Below, one piece after another: positions 29,166-38,453 of a DNA stretch of 64,000 nucleotides; position 1 is the stretch's first letter, and the number at the start of each line of letters is the position of its first letter. The DNA is from a bacterium. GTDB taxonomy: Bacteria > UBA8248. The stretch covers positions 320,001-384,000 of the forward strand of contig OZ253442.1 of the NCBI GenBank assembly GCA_965261085.1. Direction: 5' to 3'. The notes beneath the pieces are model-generated. The model was not told the DNA's origin, did not search any database, and saw only the letters and a list, made by a program, of their open reading frames with translations. Made by a program: the position numbers and the translations under genes.

Positions 29166-30167
29166 ATGCGAGCAGGCTGGTACGAGCGCAAGGGAGACGC
29201 GCGCGAGGTCATCGAAATCGGGGAGATGGAAACACCCGAACCCGGCCCCGGGGAAATCAGGGTCCGGCTTCACGCATCTGGCGTGAATCCCACGGATTGC
29301 AAGCGCCGCGCCGGCCATGGGGCCGAGGATTGGGGCTATTTCGAGCATTTTCCGGATTTTCCGAGAACCATCCCGAACAACGACGGCGCGGGCGTCGTGG
29401 ACAAAATTGGACCGGGCGCGAGTGGGCATGAGGTCGGCGCGCGGGTGTGGGTCTACAACGCGCGCTACAAACGCGCGTTCGGCACATCAGCGCAATACGT
29501 CTGCCTGCCCGATAAGTTTCTGTTTCGGCTTCCGGAGGAAACCACCTTCTCAGAGGGAGCGTGCCTCGGCATTCCCGCCATGACGGCCCACCGCTGCCTG
29601 TTCGCGGACGGCCCCATCACAGGCAAAACGGTGCTGGTGACGGGCGGCGCGGGCCGCGTGGGAACCTACGCGGTGCAACTGGCGAAATGGGGGGGTGCGA
29701 GCGTCATCGCAACGGTGAGTTCAGACGCCAAGGGGAAGCGCGCGTCTTCCGCCGATCATCTCATCAACTACCGCGAAGAAGACGTCGCAGAAAAGATACT
29801 GGAAATCACCGATGGCGCGGGCGTGGACCGCGTGGTGGACGTGAACCTGGGCGTGAACTGGGAGACGAACTACAAAATCCTGAAAATCGGCGGCGTCATC
29901 GCTTCTTATTCCTCGATGGGGGATCGAATGCCCCGCTTTCCCCACTATGAACTCATGCTCAACAACATCACCATTCGCCTGGTGATGATCCACTGCTGTC
30001 CGCCCGAGGCCCTGGCCCATGCGGGGAGAGACGCCACCCGCGCGATGGACGATGGCGCGCTCTCCCACCACATCGCGGAGCGTTTCCCGCTCGATGAACT
30101 CGCAAGCGCGCACGAGGCCGTGGAGCAAGGCGAAGCGGTGGGCAACGTAGTGGTGGAAATCGACTAG
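29166..30167 (+). CDS. NADPH:quinone reductase (zeta-crystallin/MDR family)
   Basis: ASGVNPTD.K, DGAGVV, GIPAMTA, GGAGRVG, GNVVV. Confidence 0.9.
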   Translation: MRAGWYERKGDAREVIEIGEMETPEPGPGEIRVRLHASGVNPTDCKRRAGHGAEDWGYFEHFPDFPRTIPNNDGAGVVDKIGPGASGHEVGARVWVYNARYKRAFGTSAQYVCLPDKFLFRLPEETTFSEGACLGIPAMTAHRCLFADGPITGKTVLVTGGAGRVGTYAVQLAKWGGASVIATVSSDAKGKRASSADHLINYREEDVAEKILEITDGAGVDRVVDVNLGVNWETNYKILKIGGVIASYSSMGDRMPRFPHYELMLNNITIRLVMIHCCPPEALAHAGRDATRAMDDGALSHHIAERFPLDELASAHEAVEQGEAVGNVVVEID

Positions 30168-30175
30168 GCGGAGAA

Positions 30176-31399
30176 TCAGACGACGCGCAGTTTCTTGAGG
30201 CCGGACTCCAGGGCGTCGAGCGTCTTGTCGATCTGGGCTTCGGTGTGCGTCGCCATCAGGGTGGCCCTGAGCCTGCTCGTACCCTCGGGCACCGTGGGCG
30301 GGCGAATGGCCAGCAGGTAGATGCCCGCCTCCATCAGATACTCCGCGAGCGCCAGCGTTTTTTCCGTATCCTTGATGATGATGGGGAAAATCGGAATCTC
30401 GGCCCCCGGCGGCGGATCGTTCACCCGGATACCAATGTAGCGCAATCCGGCGCGAAAGCGCGCGCACAGGCTCCCCAGATTCTCCCGGCGGCGCTCCCCC
30501 TCGGCTCCCTCTACAATGCGAATGGCGGCGCGAGAGGCGGCGGCCACGGCGGGCGGGAGGCTCGTCGAGTAGATATAGGGCCGCGCCTTGTTGATGAGGT
30601 AATCCACGACCTCCGAATCCGCGCAGGCGAACGCGCCATAAGAGGCCAGCGCCTTTCCCAGCGTGCCCATCGATACCGAAACCTCATCCTCCACCCCGAA
30701 ATAAGCGCCACTCCCCCTGCCTCCTTCACCGAGAACCCCCGTGCCGTGCGCGTCATCCACCACGAGCATCGCGCCGTATGTACGCACGAGGGAGCAGATT
30801 CCGGGCAGCGGCGCCAAATCCCCATCCATGCTGAAGACCCCGTCCGTCACGATGAGCTTTCGTCGCGCGCCGGAGGCTTTCTTCAAGGCGTCTTCCAGGT
30901 AATTCAGGTTCCCGTGCGGATAGACGTGCACGCGCGCCCGGGAGAGCCGGCAGCCATCCACGATGCTCGCGTGGTTGAGCGCGTCGCTGAAAACTGCGTC
31001 GTCCTCACCGGCCAGAGCCGTGATGAGTCCTAAATTCGCCAGAAACCCCGAGCCGAAAACGAGGGCGGCGGCCTTTCGCTTAAAAGCGGCCAGCGCCCTC
31101 GCCAACTCCTCATGCGCGGCCATGTGGCCGGAAATCAGCGGGGAGGCTGCGCCGCTCGCGCCCGCGGCCCGCGCGGCTTCCACGGACGCCTCGATCAAGG
31201 CGGGATAGTTGGCGAGGCCCAGATAGTTGTTGCTCGAGAAGTTGACGAGGGTTCTCCCGCCATAACGCATGGTCGGCCCCTGCATCCCCTCGATGGTGCG
31301 CAAACCACGGCGCAGGTTGGCGCCTGAGAGTTCGCGCAACTCATGGTCGAGCTGCGCCTTCCAGTGCTGTGGGGTGATTTCTTCGCGCGCTTCATCCAT
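30176..31399 (-). CDS. bioF: 8-amino-7-oxononanoate synthase
   Basis: FSSNNYLGL, LNHASIVDG, DGVFSMDGD, DDAHG, GTLGKA, IRPPTVP. Confidence 0.92.
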   Translation of the reverse strand: MDEAREEITPQHWKAQLDHELRELSGANLRRGLRTIEGMQGPTMRYGGRTLVNFSSNNYLGLANYPALIEASVEAARAAGASGAASPLISGHMAAHEELARALAAFKRKAAALVFGSGFLANLGLITALAGEDDAVFSDALNHASIVDGCRLSRARVHVYPHGNLNYLEDALKKASGARRKLIVTDGVFSMDGDLAPLPGICSLVRTYGAMLVVDDAHGTGVLGEGGRGSGAYFGVEDEVSVSMGTLGKALASYGAFACADSEVVDYLINKARPYIYSTSLPPAVAAASRAAIRIVEGAEGERRRENLGSLCARFRAGLRYIGIRVNDPPPGAEIPIFPIIIKDTEKTLALAEYLMEAGIYLLAIRPPTVPEGTSRLRATLMATHTEAQIDKTLDALESGLKKLRVV

Positions 31400-31533
31400 C
31401 TGGTCATTGTAGAAAACAAAAGCGCGCCCGAAAAGCCGGGGGCGGCGAAACTCTTGCGCCGCCGGCGCAATGGTGTCATTTTCTGAAGAGATAGCGGTGG
31501 TGCGGATTCATCCCGACTTGAAAGGAGCTTCAT

Positions 31534-31908
31534 TTGAACTGGCTTTGGGTGGCGGGAGGCGGCGCAATCGGAAGCGCGCTTCGCTACGGACTCGCACTCT
31601 TCGTGCAAAGATCGCTGGGCGCAAGCTGGCCCTTCGGCACACTGATGGCCAACCTCATCGGCTCATTCGTCATCGGGTGCATGTACGAGTTGCTCGTCTC
31701 CAGGGAACTGTTCAGTGAGGAAGTCCGCCTGTTCGCCATGGTAGGGCTCCTGGGCGGGTTCACCACGTTTTCCGCCTTCAGCCTGGAGACCCTCCTCATG
31801 TTCCAGGAAGGCGACTGGCTTCTCGCCGCGTTCTACGTCGCCCTCTCGGTCGCGGGGTGCCTGCTCGCAGTCTGGGCGGGGTTTCAGTTCACCGCCGCGG
31901 TTGGGTGA
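31534..31908 (+). CDS. crcB: Fluoride efflux channel
   Basis: GGAIGSALRY, GTLMAN..GSF, GLLGGFTTFSAF. Confidence 0.95.
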   Translation: MNWLWVAGGGAIGSALRYGLALFVQRSLGASWPFGTLMANLIGSFVIGCMYELLVSRELFSEEVRLFAMVGLLGGFTTFSAFSLETLLMFQEGDWLLAAFYVALSVAGCLLAVWAGFQFTAAVG

Positions 31909-32080
31909 GGCATCAAGGTTTACACCCTGCCTCATCTAAGACAAGACGCTTTTATCCATTTGATAAATTTTCTTTTGTGCGGAAGAAATGAAAACTTCGG
32001 GAGAAAATTGACGAGTCATCTCTTGACAACTTGATAACGATGCTCATTCCGAGGTCTGGCTTGTTCCCTGTAGTATTTTT

Positions 32081-32581
32081 TCATTTTGTACTTGGATAGA
32101 CTGCCTTTTTACTATTGTCGTGCCACGGATCATACCAAAGTATTTGGCACACTTGCCCAGCCCGGATTCCATACAACCTTTCTCTGGAATTGATTCTTAA
32201 AGACACGATTGTTTCGATGTCATCTTCTTTAATATCTTTGAGTCTTTTCTTCGCAACTGAAGAGAGTTTCGAAACGAGAATCGGATGATTATTGTTGCCT
32301 TGCCTTCGGCCACCGCTTGCCTGATATAACTCGGCCCAAGTCATGGTCTCCCAGTTTGAAATTGTCTCATCAATTAGTTGTCTAAAATCAAGATTCTCGC
32401 ATGCGCCAATACCCCATGGGCTATCCCAATCAATCTTGCCCAAATGCCAGCAAATCGGCAAATGATCATAAGGCTGTCTTTCTTTGTCCTGGCGAACTTG
32501 CTTGGGAGATTTTAGATTTGAATCACTGGAAGTTGTGGGAATTTTTTTTGACTTTGCTTGACTATTCCTGGATCGAGCCAT
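32081..32581 (-). CDS. Putative toxin partner of the Panacea antitoxin (RelE-like C-terminus)
   Basis: Lower GC; overlaps the antitoxin stop; SLRI...RLYGIR...ILWYDP.H motif. Confidence 0.6.
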   Translation of the reverse strand: MARSRNSQAKSKKIPTTSSDSNLKSPKQVRQDKERQPYDHLPICWHLGKIDWDSPWGIGACENLDFRQLIDETISNWETMTWAELYQASGGRRQGNNNHPILVSKLSSVAKKRLKDIKEDDIETIVSLRINSRERLYGIRAGQVCQILWYDPWHDNSKKAVYPSTK

Positions 32582-32993
32582 AATACTCTGCTAGTGATTC
32601 ATGTGAAATAACTTCATCACCCCTCTCCCTCGTCGGGATGTCCTTCCTCGCATTCTTCCAGGGAGGCTCAGAATGCGTAAGATCACTCAGTTGCTGACCG
32701 CTAAATTCCCCATAATGGGCCACCACAACATTTATAGTTTCTCGCTCGCTTTCGGACAGCGCGTCGGCATTAGCTCGAACTGTTGATACAGAGAAAGCAC
32801 CTTTATGCCTTTTATATAGGTCAGGGCACACTGGTCCATTCGCCCATGCCTGAATATCTTCAGGAAACAAAGGTTCTTCATCCCAGACGAGATGCCAAGC
32901 CTGCGCATAATAAATAAGTTTTTGAAGTTTCCATGTGGAGATCTTGCCAGTTTTCGACAGAATGTACTCGGCGACATCGTAAACCGACGCCAT
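32562..32993 (-). CDS. Panacea (SocA/DUF4065) antitoxin
   Basis: KLQKLIYYAQAW, AWANGPV.P.LY, LSDLTHSEPPW. Confidence 0.92.
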   Translation of the reverse strand: MASVYDVAEYILSKTGKISTWKLQKLIYYAQAWHLVWDEEPLFPEDIQAWANGPVCPDLYKRHKGAFSVSTVRANADALSESERETINVVVAHYGEFSGQQLSDLTHSEPPWKNARKDIPTRERGDEVISHESLAEYYGSIQE

Positions 32994-33175
32994 AATCCCC
33001 TCCCCCTTTTGTTTTACGCAATAACTTATTTTGACATATCCCCGCGCCACAGGGCAAGGGGGACCATCAGGCAAACCTGATGGGTAGCTCAATGAAAATA
33101 CTCGATAAACCCAACAATGTCGATATCTTATCCAGGAACGCGCCTGAGGGAAGCGGATGCGCTCAGCATGATCCG

Positions 33176-33970
33176 TCAGATCGAATACATCTCTCCCCCG
33201 TCGACCTGCAGCGCCGCGCCTGTGATGTAGCTCGCACGCTCGCTGGCGAGAAAGGCCACCGCCGCCGCGAATTCCTCCGCCTCTCCCAGGCGGCCGATGG
33301 CGATGTCCTTCACCACCTCGGCGTAGACTTCTTCCTCGGTGCGGCCGCTTTCTTGGACCATCTTCGCGATGCGCTCGGGCCAGTGGGTGGAAAACCGCCC
33401 CGGGTTCACGATGTTCACCAGAATCCCGTCGCGCACGAACTCACCCGCCAGGGATTTCGTGAAATTGAGCAGCGCCGCCTTCGATGCGTTCGATACCACG
33501 CGGCGGGGCCTGGGCTGACGGCTGCTCGTGGAGCCGGTCATGATAATGCGGCCCCACTTTTGTTTTTGCATATAGGGAATCACCAGACGGCTGAACTCGG
33601 ACGCCGCATAGAGGATGCTGCCCATGGAACGCTCCCAGTCGCCGCGCTCAACGTCGAGAAAATCCTTTGTCGTGCTCACGCCTGCGTTGCTCACGAGAAT
33701 GTGGACGGCGCCGAAAAGGGCGACCGTCTCCTCCACCACGCGGGCGATGTCTTCGGGGACGCTTACGTCGCAGCGCATGGCGCGCACCACGCCCTCCGAG
33801 ACCGACTGGATAACTTGTTTGGCCGCCGCCAGACGCTCCTCGTTCCGCGCGCAGATGCAGACGTCGCAGCCTTCCCGCGCGAGTTCCTTGGCGATGGCAA
33901 GACCCAGACCCGCGCTCCCGCCGGTGATGATGGCGGCTTTCCCGTGAAGTCCCAAATCCATTTTGTTCAT
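33176..33970 (-). CDS. SDR family oxidoreductase
   Basis: TGGSAGLG, SNAG, SNASK, NPG, VDGG. Confidence 0.92.
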   Translation of the reverse strand: MNKMDLGLHGKAAIITGGSAGLGLAIAKELAREGCDVCICARNEERLAAAKQVIQSVSEGVVRAMRCDVSVPEDIARVVEETVALFGAVHILVSNAGVSTTKDFLDVERGDWERSMGSILYAASEFSRLVIPYMQKQKWGRIIMTGSTSSRQPRPRRVVSNASKAALLNFTKSLAGEFVRDGILVNIVNPGRFSTHWPERIAKMVQESGRTEEEVYAEVVKDIAIGRLGEAEEFAAAVAFLASERASYITGAALQVDGGEMYSI

Positions 33971-34008
33971 CCCTTTTTTGAAGATATGCGAAACAAGCCC
34001 GAGAATGA

Positions 34009-34037
34009 TTGAGAATGCGCATACGCCCCCTTATAAT
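34009..34037 (+). promoter_or_regulatory. Sigma70-type promoter of the selenoprotein/methyltransferase operon
   Basis: TTGAGA-17 nt-TATAAT. Confidence 0.7.
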
Positions 34038-34075
34038 CCACGCATTCCATCGTCCGCCACCTGAAGGGAGAAAAA

Positions 34076-34348
34076 ATGACGGAGCGCGCCGATTTCCGCC
34101 AGTTCTACCGCGACGCCCACAAAGTGGACCTCCTCACCGACCGCGAGAAAACACTCATCGGCCTGGCCATCGCCATCGTGCGCAACTGCCAGCCGTGAGT
34201 GGACCGCCGCCTGGCGGACGCCGGGAAAGCGGGCATCGCAGAGGAGACGCTCGACGCCACCTTCGACTTGACGGCCGCCGTCATGGCGGGGGTCGCCCAG
34301 AGCATGAACCAGCGCTCCAAGGCTTCTCGCAGCCAAGGCGATTCCTAG
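34076..34348 (+). CDS. AhpD/carboxymuconolactone decarboxylase-like selenoprotein (CxxU), 90 aa; not in the ORF track
   Basis: GAAGGGAG RBS; MTERADFRQFYRDAHKVDLLTDREKTLIGLAIAIVRNCQP-U(34196-34198)-VDRRLADAGKAGIAEETL...; ends 10 nt before the next gene. Confidence 0.85.
34210..34225 (+). promoter_or_regulatory. Candidate SECIS hairpin
   Basis: CCTGGC-GGAC-GCCGGG, loop G 18 nt after TGA. Confidence 0.45.
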
Positions 34349-34358
34349 AGATCTCCCC

Positions 34359-34910
34359 ATGAAGAACCGGTTCAAGAAATTCCTGGATTTCGACGACCCG
34401 AACAAGCTCATGCCGTGGAAGGACAAAAGCCCCGAACCCCAAGGGGAGGAGCCTGAGGATCGCCCCGAAATCGCCATCAAACCGGCCTGGTATTTCGCGA
34501 TGTATTTCATCATGGGCGTGGGGTTCGACACCCTGTTTCCCACCAACGTCTTCCCCGAGAAAGTGCGCTTCATGCTCGGGGCGGGGCTGGTGCTCGCAGG
34601 CGCGATTCTCAATTCAACCTCTTTGGCGCGCTTCAGGAAAGCCCACACGAACCATGCGACAGATGCGCCCGCGCGCGTCCTCATCACGGACGGCCCCTAT
34701 AGCTTCTCGCGAAACCCGATCTATCTCGGCTTCATGTGCCTCTACATGGGTCTCGGGATTTTTCTCAACAATCTTTGGATATTCGTTCTGGGAGCGCCGC
34801 TGGTCGCCACGATTCAGGCCGTGATTATCACGCGCGAGGAGGATTACCTCGCGGGAAAATTCGGTGAGGAATACGGCGACTACTGCCGGAACGTGCGCCG
34901 CTGGTTGTAG
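34359..34910 (+). CDS. Isoprenylcysteine carboxyl methyltransferase family membrane protein
   Basis: LITDGPYSFSRNPIYLG, REEDYL..KFGEEY..Y...VRRW. Confidence 0.9.
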   Translation: MKNRFKKFLDFDDPNKLMPWKDKSPEPQGEEPEDRPEIAIKPAWYFAMYFIMGVGFDTLFPTNVFPEKVRFMLGAGLVLAGAILNSTSLARFRKAHTNHATDAPARVLITDGPYSFSRNPIYLGFMCLYMGLGIFLNNLWIFVLGAPLVATIQAVIITREEDYLAGKFGEEYGDYCRNVRRWL

Positions 34911-35312
34911 GGGTTGTTGGAAAGGACCTGGTTTAATCGGAATTCTTCCCCCCGGCGCGGCTGTGTATTTCACCCTTGAACAGCATTGCCAACTGACGCG
35001 AAAGAAGAGAACCGCATCCACTTTGTGATCAAACCCGACCGTGTAGAAAAGAAGTTCACTCCCCCCTTGAGGGGGAGTCGAAGAGCTAAGGGGGAATGCC
35101 CGCAAGCGATTCGGTGGGGGGAGAGTTCCGACTGATGGAAGAAGTATTCCTGCGACCGAGGACAGAGGATTTCCTGCAATAAAAAGCTCCCCTCACCGAG
35201 TCAGCCTTCACCTGTCGGTTCGGCTTCCTCGACTCCCCCTCAAGGGGGGAGTGAACTTCAAAAGCGTGCATGAAACCCAAAATCGCTTCTCGGAGGTTTC
35301 CCAACAACCCCT
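34909..35312. mobile_element. MITE-like element
   Basis: Perfect 12-bp TIR AGGGGTTGTTGG (34909-34920 / 35301-35312); internal perfect 31-bp inverted repeat (35051-35081 / 35229-35259). Confidence 0.7.
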
Positions 35313-35580
35313 CTAGCGCGGCTCACTCGAAAAGGGCCTTGTATCATTTTGAATTATTTATAACGATTTTATTTATAGGCACTTAGGAGGAAAGGACTAA
35401 AAAATATTAACAGGTTTTATTGGAAAAGAGTTAACTCGTGTTCAGTATTATTTATGGAGTGAAAAACATCGTTTTGACGTGCGCACATAAAAAAGTAGTC
35501 TCACCCCATTTGGCCGCGATCTTACAATGATTCAACAAGCACTTGTATGGGCACTTGAACCTAGAAGATGCGCCCCTCCG

Positions 35581-35801
35581 TTAGATGGTGAGTTTTTTGC
35601 CGTTAATAAGTTGGTTGCTGAGATGAAAATGATCCTGATTATGCAGCAGCTTTTGAGGCTAAGCCTACATCTGGTGCTGGTAGTCCTGCGGGTGGTGGGC
35701 GTAACTTGCCTCCAGAAAGCCGTGGCGGTAAGCCAGGAGAGGAAAAAACCTCTTTGGAAAAAATTCGGAGTGGTCTTGACAGTTTTATTGGTGAAAATTA
35801 G
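35581..35801 (+). pseudogene. Probable remnant of a phage capsid scaffolding protein C-terminus
   Basis: One extra A at 35626-35629 gives DGEFFAVNKLVAEMKNDPDYAAAFEAKPTSGAGS...KTSLEKIRSGL; no recognisable N-terminus. Confidence 0.4.
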
Positions 35802-35852
35802 AGCGATTCGTTATAAGATTCTCTCAGGGGTTAATTGCTTTATACTGAGGTA

Positions 35853-35882
35853 TTGACACAATATGACACAGGTGAATACGAT
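35853..35882 (+). promoter_or_regulatory. Sigma70-type promoter of the AT-rich three-gene operon
   Basis: TTGACA-18 nt-TACGAT. Confidence 0.55.
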
Positions 35883-35946
35883 TAAGAATCCAGGTATCTA
35901 TTTTCACGCCCGGAATAAAGGGAGTGTTACAGATAGGTAGAATAGA

Positions 35947-36642
35947 ATGAAACCGAAAGTAAAAGATGTCTTGAATGCAAGCGTAGTTTTTCGTGGTATA
36001 GAATTGCTCAACACTCAAGAAATGATAGATAAATTCAAGAATGATGTGCAGTCTGAAGTGATTTTGAATGCTGGCACATTTCTTGGAGTACAAGCTGACG
36101 CCTCTCTGGCTATAGGACGATCTTTTTCGTTTACAAAAGACCGGATAGAAATTCAATCTGCTAAAAATCAATCAATTTGTAGACTTGAGTATCCCAAAAT
36201 AGAATTCCTTGGCCGTTTAGCAGAAATTGCACACTTATCAATTAAAAATACCTTTCCCCTAACTTATGGAAAAATAATTCCTATCGGGTACAATGTTGAA
36301 TTGCTCTATGATCTTTTGTCTGAATCTGAAAGATCGGCTTACCAATATATTGCTAGGAGAATCTTTTCTCCTTTTAAGGATGAATTTAATTGGGGGTTAA
36401 TTGGTGGTACTGGTAAATTTTCCTTTAATGAACTTTATAAGGAAGACTATCAGCGATGGAATGTGCAAATTGAGCCTCGTTTTAATCAAGAAGATACTTC
36501 GACAATATTTCTCGCCACAAATTTACATTTCAATAATATTGAGCTACCAAAAACCAAAGAGGAAATTTTAAATTCACTAAACAGAGTGTGGGAACAAGCT
36601 CATAAGCTTGTAGAAAGAATTGATGAAAATGTCGATAACTAA
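35947..36642 (+). CDS. Hypothetical protein (TIGR04255-like, tentative)
   Basis: AT-rich 231-aa ORF; alpha/beta pattern RIEI..IGYN..IEP..N.H with a terminal helix. Confidence 0.6.
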   Translation: MKPKVKDVLNASVVFRGIELLNTQEMIDKFKNDVQSEVILNAGTFLGVQADASLAIGRSFSFTKDRIEIQSAKNQSICRLEYPKIEFLGRLAEIAHLSIKNTFPLTYGKIIPIGYNVELLYDLLSESERSAYQYIARRIFSPFKDEFNWGLIGGTGKFSFNELYKEDYQRWNVQIEPRFNQEDTSTIFLATNLHFNNIELPKTKEEILNSLNRVWEQAHKLVERIDENVDN

Positions 36643-37378
36643 CGAAACGATGCGGCCAATCAATAGTAATGAATCCCTCTGGAATGAAGGTTCGTATCCC
36701 ACTGAAGCCCCAAAAATGAGGCGGCTGGATAATCTTTACGATTTTTCTAATGTGGATAATTGGACGACAAAACAGAATGAGGATTCTCATATCTTAGATA
36801 AAATCCGTTCATTTTCCGAATTGCCTGATGGATGGCATTACGGAGAAGGTCGCGGAGCTACTGAACAAGCTCAAGAGATGGCTAAAATGATTTGCTCGCA
36901 ACTACCAGAGTTTGGGATAGACATTAAATTATTCCCAGGCATTTATGGAGGCATTACTATTTTTGGATGCCGAGACAGTCACTTTTTTGAAATATTTTGC
37001 AGTGAAGATGGTTTGATTGATATTTTGCACGAATTTGAAGGAAACACATTATCTGAACAGGATGACAAATCATTGGGTGAAGCAATTCAATATTTGAGGG
37101 ACCAATTGTGGGATGCGGAATCTTGGATGGAAAGCTTTTTGAAGGAGAAATCATTAGGCTTCTCAACCCTTTATTATTCGACGAAGAACTACAACGATTT
37201 ACAAGCAATGCTTTTACCGGGTCATCAAAAGACGGCGGTATATCAGTTTTCTCTACAGAATGCGCCCGAAGATGCAGCGGTTCTGAATGCCGACACATTT
37301 GTCGTTACTACTCAAATTTTAACCCACCCATCCTATGGAGAATACTTTCCAGCGAGTTACCTTCAACCGCAGAATTAA
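36620..37378 (+). CDS. Hypothetical protein with L.DGW..G.G...P...GGI domain and overlapping C-terminal tail
   Basis: AT-rich 252-aa ORF overlapping both the upstream and downstream genes. Confidence 0.65.
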   Translation: MMKMSITNETMRPINSNESLWNEGSYPTEAPKMRRLDNLYDFSNVDNWTTKQNEDSHILDKIRSFSELPDGWHYGEGRGATEQAQEMAKMICSQLPEFGIDIKLFPGIYGGITIFGCRDSHFFEIFCSEDGLIDILHEFEGNTLSEQDDKSLGEAIQYLRDQLWDAESWMESFLKEKSLGFSTLYYSTKNYNDLQAMLLPGHQKTAVYQFSLQNAPEDAAVLNADTFVVTTQILTHPSYGEYFPASYLQPQN

Positions 37379-37557
37379 TAGCTGAGCCGTCGATAACTGG
37401 CGATCCATGTCATTTAAATATAATCAATATAACTAAGGGCCAAAGCAGGAACATAGTTAAAACAATTAAACTTAATGAATTAGATATTTGTGATGGATGC
37501 GAGTATCGACCCTTGACCCAAGAGGATATAAATAATTTTGAGAAATTATCCACTTAA
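37108..37557 (+). CDS. Hypothetical protein, ADP-ribosyltransferase/RES-like motif pattern
   Basis: GAGGGA RBS and GTG start; IIRLLNP...SNAF...GISVF...DPCHLNI. Confidence 0.55.
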   Translation: MGCGILDGKLFEGEIIRLLNPLLFDEELQRFTSNAFTGSSKDGGISVFSTECARRCSGSECRHICRYYSNFNPPILWRILSSELPSTAELIAEPSITGDPCHLNIINITKGQSRNIVKTIKLNELDICDGCEYRPLTQEDINNFEKLST

Positions 37558-37644
37558 GTAAAAGACTCATTGGCAATCCGTATAAGTACTGTAAGTGCCT
37601 ACAAGTAAAAGCATTATCAATATTTCAAAATGATACAAAGCCCG

Positions 37645-37679
37645 AAAAGAAAAGAGGCCGCCCCCGGCGGGGCGGCCTC
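37645..37679 (-). terminator. Rho-independent terminator
   Basis: GAGGCCGCCCC/GGGGCGGCCTC 11-bp stem followed by TTTTCTTTT on the minus strand. Confidence 0.8.
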
Positions 37680-37714
37680 GTGAAGCATCCTTCTTACGAT
37701 TGATTCTCTTAAGA

Positions 37715-38320
37715 CTAACGCACACCCTTGGGCTTGGGACGCGCCTTGCGTTTCGCCATCGCTTTTTTCATGTCGGCGCTCGATTTCCCGTTCGTCTCGA
37801 TGCCGTAGACCTCGCCCACGCGGGTGTGCTTGTCCATCAGGCGCATGAAGGAGATATCCGACAACTCGGCCAGCACCATCTCGCACGTGCTGAAAATGGT
37901 GCATCCCTCGACCAGGTGACCACCGAAGCACGTCGCTTCGGGCCGGCCCATCGATATGGTGGCGTGGGCGTGGAGGTAGGGCTCCCCCGCCTCGGTCTGG
38001 GTGATGTTCCCGCTCATCTGCAAAAGCTCGAGCGGGCCGTTGATGGGCGTAAAGATGCGGCACTCATCGTTGATGGGAAACGGGTCGGGGAACTGCCAGA
38101 CGTTTCTGAGCACCGCTTTTTGCAAGCTAGCCGCCACGCTCAGGATGACGCCCGCCTTCACGCCCTTCTCCTGGCATATCTTGAGCGTCGTGCCGAACAG
38201 ATCATCGCCCGGCGCCATGCGGATGGCCAGGACACGGCCGATGCCCGCCTCGCCCACGTCGTAGCGGGCCTTGCGGGTCTTCCAGTTGGAATTATCGAAA
38301 TTCGTCAATTTTTTCGCCAT
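37715..38320 (-). CDS. PPC/DUF296 domain protein
   Basis: IRMAPGDDL, ELLQMSGNI, HAHATIS, GGHLVEG. Confidence 0.88.
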   Translation of the reverse strand: MAKKLTNFDNSNWKTRKARYDVGEAGIGRVLAIRMAPGDDLFGTTLKICQEKGVKAGVILSVAASLQKAVLRNVWQFPDPFPINDECRIFTPINGPLELLQMSGNITQTEAGEPYLHAHATISMGRPEATCFGGHLVEGCTIFSTCEMVLAELSDISFMRLMDKHTRVGEVYGIETNGKSSADMKKAMAKRKARPKPKGVR

Positions 38321-38453
38321 GGATACTCATTCTCCTTAAAAAGGTCTCTCGCCTCGCCTGTGAAAAGATGCGTTGAGTACAAAATTTTCGGGGTTATATC
38401 ATGCCGGACGTCGGCGCGCATTCTAAATCCGATCGCGCGAAATGAAAACCGCC

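Noticed and set aside
28195-30167. Extended N-termini of ORFs 28195..29142 and 28527..30167
   Set aside because: They overlap real upstream genes; RBS-backed starts are at 28714 and 29166
31420-31533. Fluoride riboswitch upstream of crcB
   Set aside because: A GC hairpin is present, but the conserved riboswitch motifs could not be identified; an Rfam scan would settle it
35527-35856. 109-aa ORF as an intact gene
   Set aside because: The protein-like sequence switches frame at ~35628, so it is better explained as a fragment
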